Of a DNA stretch of 64,000 nt, positions 18,726 to 27,705 are shown in pieces. The position numbers were made by a program, and so were the translations under genes. Under the pieces are notes generated by a model that ran no database searches, had not been told where the DNA came from, and was given only the letters and a program-made list of their open reading frames with translations. The first letter of the stretch is position 1. Every line of letters begins with the position of its first letter. Origin of the DNA: Candidatus Eremiobacteria bacterium (GTDB taxonomy: Bacteria > Vulcanimicrobiota > Vulcanimicrobiia > Vulcanimicrobiales > Vulcanimicrobiaceae); contig CAVTRC010000001.1 of the NCBI GenBank assembly GCA_963737065.1, positions 1,344,001 through 1,408,000 of the forward strand, given 5' to 3'.

Positions 18726-20249
18726 ATGCCCTTCGATTCCCTGCGGCCGTTCGTCGACGCGCTCAAGCGCGCGGGCGAACTTCATACGATCTCGGCTGCA
18801 GTCGATCCGTACTTGGAGATCGCCGAGATTACCGATCGCGTGGTAAAAGCCGGCGGGCCGGCATTGCTCTTCGAGAATGTGAGCGGCAGCCGTTTTCCGG
18901 TACTTACGAATCAATTCGGTTCGCAACGCCGCATCGCGCTTGCGCTCGGCGCGAAACGTCTGGACGAAACGGCAAACCGGCTGCGCGCGTTAATCGATCT
19001 CTCGCCGCCCGGCTCCTCATTCGGCGAAAAACTCGGCGCGCTCAAACGCTTTGCGCCGCTTGCCAATGCGATCCCGAAGACCGTGCGCGATGCGCCCGTG
19101 CATGAAGTCGTGATGCCCGAACCGGACCTCACGAAATTGCCGGTGCTTACGACATGGCCGCTCGATGCGGGACCGTTCATAACGCTGCCGCTCGTGATCA
19201 CAAAAGATCCGCGTACGAACCGGCCCAACGTCGGCATGTATAGGATGCAGGTGTACAACGCGCGCGAAACTGGGATGCACTGGCAGCGTCATAAGCAAGG
19301 TCGCGCGCACGCCGCACTGTGGGGCGATAACGTTCCCGTTGCGGTCGCGATCGGAAGCGATCCGGTATTGACGTACGCCGCGACCGCCCCGCTGCCGCCG
19401 GTGCTCGATGAATTCGCGTTCGCCGGATTGCTGCGCGGTAAACCGGTGTCGCTCGTGCCGGCGAAAACGGTCGACGTAAAGGTTCCGGCTGACGCCGAAT
19501 TCGTACTCGAAGGGTATGTCGACAACACCGACCTGCGCACCGAAGGGCCGTTCGGCGATCACACGGGCGTGTATAGTCTTGCGGACCAGTATCCGACATT
19601 CCACGTCACCTGCATCACGCACCGGCGCAATCCGATCTTCGCCGCGACCGTCGTTGGGAAGCCGCCGATGGAAGACGCGTGGCTCGGGAAGGCAACGGAA
19701 CGGCTCTTCTTACCGCTGCTGCAGATGGTTTTGCCCGAAGTCGTCGACATGAATCTGCCGGTGGAAGGCGGGTTCCACAACCTCGCAATCGTCTCGATAC
19801 GCAAACAGTATCCGGGTCACGCGAAGAAAGTCATGAACGCGCTGTGGGGCCTCGGCCATATGATGATGCTCACGCGCGTGCTAGTCATCGTCGACGATGA
19901 TATCGACGTCCAGGACTCACGCAGCGTCGCCTGGTTCGTCTTGAACAACTTGGCGCCCGAACGCGACGTCGTGATGATGCCCGGACCGGTCGACGACCTC
20001 GATCACGGCTCCTATAGCGTCGCGTACGGAACGAAGATCGGAATCGACGCCACACGGAAAAGCGCAAGCGAAGGATACGCGCGCGAATGGCCGCCCGATA
20101 TCGTGATGAACGATGAAACGAAGCAGCTCGTGAACCGGCGCTGGCGCGAGTATGGACTCAACCGTATTGCGAAATCGCTGCATTCCGACACCTGGTCGGG
20201 CCAAGGACCCGACGCGTATAGCCGGCTGACGCGCAATGACAAGGGTTAG
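18726..20249 (+). CDS. UbiD family menaquinone biosynthesis decarboxylase (MqnL-like)
   Basis: GGPALLFEN, NVGMYRMQV, EGPFGDHTG, VGKPPMED, K.YPGHAKKVM. Confidence 0.92.
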   Translation: MPFDSLRPFVDALKRAGELHTISAAVDPYLEIAEITDRVVKAGGPALLFENVSGSRFPVLTNQFGSQRRIALALGAKRLDETANRLRALIDLSPPGSSFGEKLGALKRFAPLANAIPKTVRDAPVHEVVMPEPDLTKLPVLTTWPLDAGPFITLPLVITKDPRTNRPNVGMYRMQVYNARETGMHWQRHKQGRAHAALWGDNVPVAVAIGSDPVLTYAATAPLPPVLDEFAFAGLLRGKPVSLVPAKTVDVKVPADAEFVLEGYVDNTDLRTEGPFGDHTGVYSLADQYPTFHVTCITHRRNPIFAATVVGKPPMEDAWLGKATERLFLPLLQMVLPEVVDMNLPVEGGFHNLAIVSIRKQYPGHAKKVMNALWGLGHMMMLTRVLVIVDDDIDVQDSRSVAWFVLNNLAPERDVVMMPGPVDDLDHGSYSVAYGTKIGIDATRKSASEGYAREWPPDIVMNDETKQLVNRRWREYGLNRIAKSLHSDTWSGQGPDAYSRLTRNDKG

Positions 20250-21090
20250 CGTCTTTCTTCGCGAGATCCGCATCGAGCACACGCTCTTTGCATTGCCGTT
20301 CGCGTATGTCGGCGCCGTGCTCGCCGCGCGCGGCGTCCCGACGCCGTGGTCGCTCCTCTGGATCACGCTCGCGGTGTTCGGTGCGCGAACAGCCGCGATG
20401 GCGGCCAACCGGTATTTCGATCGCGATATCGACGCGCGCAATCCTCGCACCGCGCGCCGCGCCGTTGCAAGCGGCGCGCTCTCGCCGTCGGTAATGATTT
20501 GGGCGATCGTTCTCGGGTTTGCGGTATTGCTGCTCTCGGCGTGGATGCTCAATCCGCTCTGCGTCAAATTGATGCCGATCGCGGCGCTCGGCGTGCTGAC
20601 GTATCCGCTCTGCAAACGCTTCACCTGGCTCGTGCACTTCGTGCTCGGCGCGGTTGACGGTCTCGCGCCGCTCGGCGCGTACATCGGCATTACCGGACGC
20701 GTCAGCGTGAGCGCATTTCTCGTTTTTGCCGCGGTCACCGTCTGGGTAGCGGGGTTCGATATTGCGTATGCGCTCATGGATGTCCCGACCGATCGCGAGC
20801 AGGGCATCTACTCTCTCCCGGCGCGCTTCGGTGAGCGCGCGGGACGCTGGCTGCCGATTGCGCTGCATGCCGCGATGGTGTTGCTCCTAGCGCTGGCCGG
20901 CATTCTCGCTGATGCGGGTTGGGTGTACTACGCGGGCGTCGCCGCCGCGCTGGCCCTTACCGTGTACGAAGATCGCCTTTACGGACTGACTGAGAACGTT
21001 TTCGTGCTCAACGAACGTATATTTATCAGCAACATGGTCTTCTCGATCGTTTTTCTCGTAGCAACGCTCGGAGGCTTCGTCGTCCGCTAA
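20236..21090 (+). CDS. UbiA family polyprenyltransferase (MqnP-like)
   Basis: IEHTLFALPF, NRYFDRDIDARNPRT, WVAGFDIAYALMD. Confidence 0.92.
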   Translation: MTRVSVFLREIRIEHTLFALPFAYVGAVLAARGVPTPWSLLWITLAVFGARTAAMAANRYFDRDIDARNPRTARRAVASGALSPSVMIWAIVLGFAVLLLSAWMLNPLCVKLMPIAALGVLTYPLCKRFTWLVHFVLGAVDGLAPLGAYIGITGRVSVSAFLVFAAVTVWVAGFDIAYALMDVPTDREQGIYSLPARFGERAGRWLPIALHAAMVLLLALAGILADAGWVYYAGVAAALALTVYEDRLYGLTENVFVLNERIFISNMVFSIVFLVATLGGFVVR

Positions 21091-22242
21091 ATGCTGCGTT
21101 CGGAATTTCTCGCCGGCACGATTGCGGCGCTCTTACCGAGCGGAACGACCGGGATCCCGAATCAAAACGGCTTCTTGCCGCAAGTGAACCTTGGCGTCAA
21201 CGTGCCGCTCACGGGCCCGCTCGCGCAATTCGGCAGCCAAATCGTCAAAGGCGTACAGGCATGCGTGAACGAGACGAACCGTTTTACGCCCTCGCTGACG
21301 CGCTACTGGGGTGTCCGGCCATTCGACGATCAAAACAATGCGACGGTCGCATCGTCGAACGTATTCATTGCCGCTTCCGACCCGACCGTCATGGGCATGA
21401 TCGGCAACCTGACCGTCGAGACGACCCTCGCGGCTCTCCCGCAATACGCAAACGCGAATTTCGCGATCGTCGTGCCGTCCGTTACGGCAGACATCGTCAC
21501 CAACCGCGGATTCCGTAACATCTTTCGTCTGCCGACGAAAGATTCGAGCGAAGGGCAACTCTTCGCGCGCTCGGTCCTGCCGAAAAATCGTTCAGCAACC
21601 ATTATTGCGGTTACGATGAAAGGCGATTACGGCGCGGATGTCGCTTCCGGACTCGTCGCGCAAGCGACGGCGGATAAGCACGATGCGCACACAATTACCG
21701 TTGAGCCGACGAACGATCCCGAGAACATTGCCGCGCGCATTAACAAACGCAACGCAACCTTCGTGTTTCTCGCCGGCAAACCCGATCCGCTAGGCCCGAT
21801 CGCCAAAGCGCTGCAAAAGCAAGGATACAAAGGCGATTTCGGCGCGAGCGACGGGTTCTTCACGGGAGCAGCCATCGATCCGTACGGTGAAGCGCTGAGC
21901 GGCACGCTCGTCGCATCCTCCACACCGCCGATCGATCGCATTCCGTCGATGTTGCAACTCGTACGCGACTTTCAAGGGGAAGTCGGCGGCATCGACGCAT
22001 TCGAAGCGTTCGGCTACGCCGCAGCGCAACTATTAATTCAAGCCGCCGGCCGTGTGAATGCGAAAGACCGCTTCGCACTATTGACGCAATTACAAGCCGG
22101 CGGCGCATATAATTTGCTCGTGGGACAATACGCGTTCAACTTCTACGGCGACGCGACGTTACCGAACATTTATCTCTACAAGATGACGCCGAAAGGTTTC
22201 ACGTTTGAGAAATCCGCCGTGCCAAGCGGCTTTGTCGTGTAG
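21091..22242 (+). CDS. branched-chain amino acid ABC substrate-binding-like protein
   Basis: VPLTGPLAQFG, NIFRL, LivJ-like pattern; no cognate permease adjacent. Confidence 0.8.
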   Translation: MLRSEFLAGTIAALLPSGTTGIPNQNGFLPQVNLGVNVPLTGPLAQFGSQIVKGVQACVNETNRFTPSLTRYWGVRPFDDQNNATVASSNVFIAASDPTVMGMIGNLTVETTLAALPQYANANFAIVVPSVTADIVTNRGFRNIFRLPTKDSSEGQLFARSVLPKNRSATIIAVTMKGDYGADVASGLVAQATADKHDAHTITVEPTNDPENIAARINKRNATFVFLAGKPDPLGPIAKALQKQGYKGDFGASDGFFTGAAIDPYGEALSGTLVASSTPPIDRIPSMLQLVRDFQGEVGGIDAFEAFGYAAAQLLIQAAGRVNAKDRFALLTQLQAGGAYNLLVGQYAFNFYGDATLPNIYLYKMTPKGFTFEKSAVPSGFVV

Positions 22243-22249
22243 TGCCGGC

Positions 22250-22423
22250 TTAGTTCGCGTTTGCGCGGCGCCGGCGTGCGTGCGGAGCCTCTTCGATGAC
22301 ACGGATGCGGTGCGGCGTTTGCCGTTTCGGCGGCGCCGGTTCGTCGACGTCTTCGACGGCGAGGCAGAAGCGTAACCGCCAGGAACCGAGCGTGATCGCG
22401 AAATTGGTACCGAGAATTTCCAT
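22250..22423 (-). CDS. 57-aa small protein at end of GntR/ABC operon
   Basis: GGAGG SD, ATG 2 nt after permease stop; MEILGTNFAITLGSWRLRFCLAVEDVDEP... Confidence 0.7.
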   Translation of the reverse strand: MEILGTNFAITLGSWRLRFCLAVEDVDEPAPPKRQTPHRIRVIEEAPHARRRRANAN

Positions 22424-22425
22424 GA

Positions 22426-23451
22426 TTACGCCTCCACGCGCCGCCACTGGATGACGGCAAGTGCGCTGTAGATGATGAACAGTCCGAATTCGACGGCCAG
22501 ACGGGGAACGAAGTCGGGCGGAGCGGTCAATTGACCAGCCGTGTTCTCGTTGATCGCGATGCCGTTCACATAGCTGAGCGGATCGATGCGCGAGAGAACC
22601 CAGAAGACGTTGTGCACGAGCTGACCGACGATCGAGTCGCCCCATGGAATCGCGCCGAAGACCGTAACGAGGATCGCGACCGGCCACGCGAAGCCGAGGA
22701 CCGCTCCGTATCCGCGCCTGAGCGATGCGGTCGATGCCGCGAGCAATCCGTACCACGCGAAGGGCACGGCGATTCCCATTAGGATCGCATTGGCGTTCAC
22801 GCCCGTAAAGTCTAAGCTCGGCATCTCGAACATCAGCTGACACAGCAAGAGCGCGACGATGGTCATTACGGAAGCCGCAATGATTCCAACGAGGTCCGCG
22901 GCGATTGCGCCGATGGCGAATGCTTCGCGCGAAACCGGTTTGGTTAGAGCGTACTCGAGGTGTCCGTCTGCTTCGCGGGCAAACGGCGCCGCGAGTACGG
23001 TGGCAACGAAAAGCGCGGCGAGATCCGCAAAGGCCATGTAGTAAAGGAACGGCACGCTTCCATTGGTATCGATCGTCGTAACGTGCATCTTTCCGGAACG
23101 CGTCTCGTTGATATGGACGCTTCCGATAACAGCCCGGTCTGCGTGCCCGCCTGTACGCGACGACGGCTCGGTGATGACGATGTGCCGGCCCGCACTCCCC
23201 ATGTTGTCGATCACGACCGTCGTATTATCAGATGGACTCTTAATCGTCGTGCGCTTCGTACCATCCGGCAGCACGCTCCGCGAAATCGTCGTACCCGGCT
23301 CCATCGTGACGTGCTTGATGAAGACGTCATCTGCGCTCAAATATCGATTGAACGAAATACGCAGGACGAGCACGATTAAAATGAACGCGCCGAGCACGAT
23401 AGCGACCACGCGCAGCGCGTTGCGCACACGCAGCCATTCAACGTAGCTCAT
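22426..23451 (-). CDS. ABC-2 type transporter permease
   Basis: multiple TM segments, E.DG.LEY.LTKPVSR signature. Confidence 0.8.
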   Translation of the reverse strand: MSYVEWLRVRNALRVVAIVLGAFILIVLVLRISFNRYLSADDVFIKHVTMEPGTTISRSVLPDGTKRTTIKSPSDNTTVVIDNMGSAGRHIVITEPSSRTGGHADRAVIGSVHINETRSGKMHVTTIDTNGSVPFLYYMAFADLAALFVATVLAAPFAREADGHLEYALTKPVSREAFAIGAIAADLVGIIAASVMTIVALLLCQLMFEMPSLDFTGVNANAILMGIAVPFAWYGLLAASTASLRRGYGAVLGFAWPVAILVTVFGAIPWGDSIVGQLVHNVFWVLSRIDPLSYVNGIAINENTAGQLTAPPDFVPRLAVEFGLFIIYSALAVIQWRRVEA

Positions 23452-24359
23452 GAAGTCGCTCCCTCTACCACATCGGCGGTTGCCTCTGCGGGCGAGACCG
23501 CGTATAGGAAAATATCTTCTAAGTTGAGGTCGACGATGCGAACGCCCGTTGCGCCCATCGCCTCCAATTTGCGGACGAATTCGGGCGCGCCGTCGGTGGT
23601 AAGCAGACGCACGATCCGGCCGGTGCGATCGGTACGCGCGATGCGCGGATCGTTCGCCACACCGTTGAGCGCATAAGACTCATTGGGGAAGATCCCTTCG
23701 ACGATCTTGCGATCGGCTTTCAGATCATCGACCGCGCCTTCGAGCGCAAGATGACCTTTGTCGACTACCGCGATACGCTCTGCGGCGCGCTCGACTTGTC
23801 CGATTTGATGCGACGAGAAGATTACCGTTGCACCCCGCGCGGATTCGTTGATGATCATATTGAGCACGTGACGCTGATTGATCGGGTCGAGTCCGCTCGT
23901 CGGTTCATCGAGAATGAGGATGTCCGCTTCGCGCGCGATTGCGAGCGCGACCATCGTCGCGGTCTTCATGCCTTTCGAAAGCGCGCGCGCCTTCTTGCGC
24001 ATATCGATATCGAACTGCGCGAGAAGTTCGTTCGCGCGCTGCACCGAAAACTGCGTGTACGCGCGGCGCTGCATTTCGACGTGTTCCTTGACCGTCATCC
24101 AGTCGTACAGCACGGTCTTCTCGGGAACGTACGCGATCCGTTCGAACGTCGCCGGCTCAAGCGGTTTTCCGTTATACAAAACGGTTCCCGAGCTGGCGAA
24201 CGCAAGGCCCAGCATACACTTGAACGTCGTCGTTTTGCCGGCGCCGTTCGGACCGAGAAGGCCGAAGACGCAGCCCTCGGGGATCGCGACGGTGAGACCG
24301 TCGACCGCCGTGTACCGGCCGTATGTCTTGCGCAAGTTTTCAATTGAGATTGTACTCAT
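23448..24359 (-). CDS. ABC transporter ATP-binding protein (YtrB-like)
   Basis: GPNGAGKTT, LSKGMK, LILDEPTSGLDP, SSH. Confidence 0.95.
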   Translation of the reverse strand: MSTISIENLRKTYGRYTAVDGLTVAIPEGCVFGLLGPNGAGKTTTFKCMLGLAFASSGTVLYNGKPLEPATFERIAYVPEKTVLYDWMTVKEHVEMQRRAYTQFSVQRANELLAQFDIDMRKKARALSKGMKTATMVALAIAREADILILDEPTSGLDPINQRHVLNMIINESARGATVIFSSHQIGQVERAAERIAVVDKGHLALEGAVDDLKADRKIVEGIFPNESYALNGVANDPRIARTDRTGRIVRLLTTDGAPEFVRKLEAMGATGVRIVDLNLEDIFLYAVSPAEATADVVEGATS

Positions 24360-24754
24360 TGTGCCTCCCTGAACCACCGGTCGATTGCGCCGTTGGCGAG
24401 CGATCGAACCGCTTCGGCATCGAGGCCGATCGATTTCGCTTCACGCACTGCCCCGTCGATTGCATCTCGCGCTACATCCGTCGCAGCGGCCTTCGTCGTA
24501 TCCTTGACGCCGTTGCTCTTCACGAAGGAGCCGCGTCCGGGCGACGTTTCGATGACGCCGTCGCGTTCGAGTTCGCGGTAGGCCTTCGCTACGGTGTTGG
24601 GATTGATGGTCAAATCGAGCGCGAGCTGCTTCACCGTGGGCAGTTGCTCGCCCGCTCCGAGAACCCCGATCGCCACCGAGCGCTTTACTTGCTCGATGAC
24701 TTGTAGATAGATCGGGACCCCGCTACGCGGATCGACCGTGAGTACGACGGGCAT
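24356..24754 (-). CDS. GntR family regulator, YtrA subfamily
   Basis: PIYLQVIEQ, LPTVKQLA.DL.INPNTVAKAYRELE; short C-terminus. Confidence 0.93.
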   Translation of the reverse strand: MPVVLTVDPRSGVPIYLQVIEQVKRSVAIGVLGAGEQLPTVKQLALDLTINPNTVAKAYRELERDGVIETSPGRGSFVKSNGVKDTTKAAATDVARDAIDGAVREAKSIGLDAEAVRSLANGAIDRWFREAQ

Positions 24755-24760
24755 TGCCGT

Positions 24761-24872
24761 TTAGAACTTCGGGCCCCAGCCTTGAAACAGCGGAGCGCTC
24801 ATCTGGGCGGGGATTCGAACGCGAGCTTCGCGAGCTTCGGTGTCTTCGCGGGCGATTGATGAACCGTGTCAT
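24761..24872 (-). other. small leader ORF ending FQGWGPKF (one extra nt relative to the SD-linked ATG)
   Basis: AGAGGA SD 8 nt before ATG 24872; 112 nt to TAA 24761; internal in-frame ATG 24802 gives MSAPLFQGWGPKF. Confidence 0.5.
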
Positions 24873-24915
24873 GTCGATTGTCCTCTAGCTTTCCGTACCG
24901 TACTGCTCTCATGTC

Positions 24916-24960
24916 GTACTAGTACATTAGTACAATAGCGCAGCAGTACGCCACCGTCAA
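24916..24960 (-). promoter_or_regulatory. sigma70 promoter with overlapping YtrA-type operator
   Basis: TTGACG (24960-24955), 17 bp, TATTGT (24937-24932); palindrome GTACTA-N6-TAGTAC at 24916-24933. Confidence 0.8.
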
Positions 24961-25067
24961 TAGGTCGCCAGAAAATTTTCCGAACCGCCGTACGCGTCCA
25001 CGCGCGCGCCCGGCTCGATTCGCCCTAGCGCCGACGTAGTGCTGGAGACAAGCCCGCTTCCCACAAA

Positions 25068-25270
25068 GGCAGTTCTTGTGGTGCGCGCTCGGTTGCGCGA
25101 GCTACCCCGGTATGGAAATGTGCAGCTTTTTCGGGCTGGCCCGGACGGCCATTTCAAAACTTCGTTCTCCCGAAAAAGTGCGCAAGCAGAAAACCGGCAC
25201 GATGCCGGTTTTCGGGCGGTTTCCATACCGGGGTAGCTCGCGCGACCGAACGCGCACCACAAGAACTGCC
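25068..25270. mobile_element. MITE-like element with 51-bp terminal inverted repeats
   Basis: arms 25068-25118 and 25220-25270 match at 49/51; internal hairpins; no transposase. Confidence 0.6.
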
Positions 25271-25399
25271 GGCGCCGCACAAACTCAGGGGTTTTCACGC
25301 ATACATCGCGCCGTGGGCGTTTCGTACCATGAGCACACCAGAGATCTGCTTGCATAAACAACCCCGAACTGCTCGTTTGGAACGCCGATCTATCACTGC

Positions 25400-25764
25400 G
25401 GGCCACGTCGCTATCGGCTCGGCTGCGCGGCATCGCAGGCATCGGCACGAGCGCGCCGGCGCTGGATGTGAGCGATCTCTGGGCACGATCGTGCGAAGAC
25501 GGCGGAAGCCGCCGGATCGTACGGCCATGACGAGTCTGCGATCATCGCATTCGGTGCGTCGGTACGCTCGTCGACATCACCAAGTTTAAAAGAACGTGAA
25601 GCGCAACCGCGCAGCGTCTTGCACCGTCGATCACGTTTACGCGCGCGACGGGCGCATGTGCGCGGTGGTGTTTCTCGATATCGGCAATTGCGACGTCGAA
25701 GGAATTGCTCGCAGTTGCGGATCGTAAATTGTACGCGGTGAAGCAGAACGGGGGCGCGGCGTAA
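25400..25764 (+). pseudogene. decayed PAS-GGDEF (diguanylate cyclase) remnant
   Basis: fragments in different frames: VGTLVDITKFK/EREAQ, CAVVFLDI, ELLAVADRKLYAVKQNGG*; GGDEF core missing; left boundary approximate. Confidence 0.7.
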
Positions 25765-25783
25765 AGCTCGCGAACGCCTCCTC

Positions 25784-27256
25784 GTGGCCAGCCGGATCTT
25801 CGTCGGACCGTCGTCCCTTCGCCATCCTCGGGAGCGCCTCGCGCTTCTCGGAACGCTGCTATGGGCGCTGCCGATCGCCGGCATCATCGGGCTGGTCGTT
25901 CACGAACGGGTCGATCTCCCGAAGGTCGCGCTTTTCATTGTGATTGCGATGCTGTATGTGACGCTCGCCCGCGGCCGCCTGATCGGCTCGTCGGTAATGA
26001 TTCACGAGGCACAATATCCGCGCGTGTTCTCCATCGTCAAACGCGCGTGCGCGGCGCTCGAGATTCCGATGCCGCTGATCTTCGTGCGCGAAGACTTATA
26101 CGTCCCGGTTGCGGCGCTCGGCTTCGGCGAACCGTATTCGCTCGTGCTTTCGAGCAGCTACATCGAACAATTCGAAGACGACGAGCTGGCGTTCATGATT
26201 GGACGGCAACTCGGGCACATTGCCGCCGGCCACACGCGCTTCATCTCGCTGCTCAGCGTTAATGGAAACGAAAATCCGATCGTCGCGCTCATCTTCGGTC
26301 CGTGGCTGCGCATTTGCGAGCTCACGTGCGACAAAGCCGGCCTGCTGGTGTGTGGTTCGCTCGACGCCGCCGCGCGCGCCATTGCCATCGCATCGTTCCA
26401 TCATTTCGGGCGCCGCGTCGACATGGATCAATTTGCCGAGCAGGCGCGCGAAATCGCGGGTGACAGCGTTTTGCGCTGGGGCGAGTGGCTGGGCGCCGAA
26501 CCGTACGCAACGCGCCGCATCGCCGATATGCGCGCCTTCTCGCACACGCACGCGTATCAGACGCTCGAAGAATGGTTTTTGCGTGAAGCGTATGAGCCGC
26601 CGCCCGCGCTTCCGGCTCCGGGGCGCGTGACGGTTTCGCGCGCGGATTGCGCGGGGTGGTGGCGGCGCTTCATCGCGACGTTCATCGATCTCGTCGTCGT
26701 TACGTCGCTGATTACCGCAATTACCGGCACCGACGACTCGGGAACCCGCATTGTCAACGAAATCAACGTCGACAAGCACGGGAAAACGACGCATAGCGCG
26801 ACCGTCGTGCCCGGCGACACGTCCCAGTCAACGGACGAGGATACCGGCACGACACAATTCGGCTGGCTTCGCGTAGGGCTGGGCGGTATTCACGTGGCCC
26901 AAGGCACTCCGCTCGCTGCGGTTTCAAACCTCTTCGGAAAAAACTTATGGTATTGGGCGGCAGGGGTCTACTTTGTGCTTCTCGTCGGACTTTCGGGACA
27001 AACGTTCGGGATGATGATTACCGGCTTGCGTGTGGTCACGACGGATTTCCGGAAACCCGGAATCACGCTTTCGCTGTGGCGCTATATTCTCGGCTTTGTG
27101 CTAATCCCTATCATCATTCTGCTCAGCTTTATTCAGCATCGCGTGATGTTACACGATCGCTGGAGCGGAACGCGATTGATCACGACCGAGCGCGCGATGG
27201 CGCGCGCAGCGAGCACGGCCGCCGCAACGGCGGCGCCCGCTAGCGTGCCGGCGTAG
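25784..27256 (+). CDS. M48-like (degenerate) peptidase domain fused to RDD domain
   Basis: DDELAFMIGRQLGH, ELTCDKAGLL; AGWWRRFIATFID, GQTFGMMITGLRVV, LHDRWSGT. Confidence 0.85.
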   Translation: MASRIFVGPSSLRHPRERLALLGTLLWALPIAGIIGLVVHERVDLPKVALFIVIAMLYVTLARGRLIGSSVMIHEAQYPRVFSIVKRACAALEIPMPLIFVREDLYVPVAALGFGEPYSLVLSSSYIEQFEDDELAFMIGRQLGHIAAGHTRFISLLSVNGNENPIVALIFGPWLRICELTCDKAGLLVCGSLDAAARAIAIASFHHFGRRVDMDQFAEQAREIAGDSVLRWGEWLGAEPYATRRIADMRAFSHTHAYQTLEEWFLREAYEPPPALPAPGRVTVSRADCAGWWRRFIATFIDLVVVTSLITAITGTDDSGTRIVNEINVDKHGKTTHSATVVPGDTSQSTDEDTGTTQFGWLRVGLGGIHVAQGTPLAAVSNLFGKNLWYWAAGVYFVLLVGLSGQTFGMMITGLRVVTTDFRKPGITLSLWRYILGFVLIPIIILLSFIQHRVMLHDRWSGTRLITTERAMARAASTAAATAAPASVPA

Positions 27257-27692
27257 ATTCCAGCGCGAGCGCGTTGCTCAAGCGGCTGACGTAATTGTTC
27301 GCACCGATGACGGCAAGGATTTCAATCAATTCGCCATCGCTATAGTGTTCGCGCAGTTGTGCGAGTACCGTGGGCGGCAATGCGCGCGGTTCGCGCGTAA
27401 GCGATACGGTGGCGGACAGCGCAGCACGCTCGGCGTCCGAAAACCGCTCGCTGTGCGCAAAGTCGCCTAACGCCGCGAGCGTCTCCGTTTCGATTCCGAG
27501 CTTGAGGGCGATCTCTTCGTGCACGCAGGTGCAGTAGTCGCACGCGTTGAGCCAGCCAACCATCAACGCGATCAGCTGCTTCGTACGAGCCGGCACGGTA
27601 CCGTCGTCATCGATCGCGCGTAGATGCGCCGCAAGCGTCCGCGCGAGTTGCGGACGCGACGCAATCGCGGAGAACAGCCCGTCGTCCGGCAT
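27240..27692 (-). CDS. AhpD/carboxymuconolactone decarboxylase family protein
   Basis: NACDYCTCVH, FSDAERAAL, LREHYSDGELIE. Confidence 0.85.
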   Translation of the reverse strand: MPDDGLFSAIASRPQLARTLAAHLRAIDDDGTVPARTKQLIALMVGWLNACDYCTCVHEEIALKLGIETETLAALGDFAHSERFSDAERAALSATVSLTREPRALPPTVLAQLREHYSDGELIEILAVIGANNYVSRLSNALALESTPAR

Positions 27693-27705
27693 TACCGAGG
27701 GGCCC

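Noticed and set aside
24957..25589. ORFs spanning the inverted-repeat element
   Set aside because: Both strands give similar peptides because of the palindrome; no protein family signal
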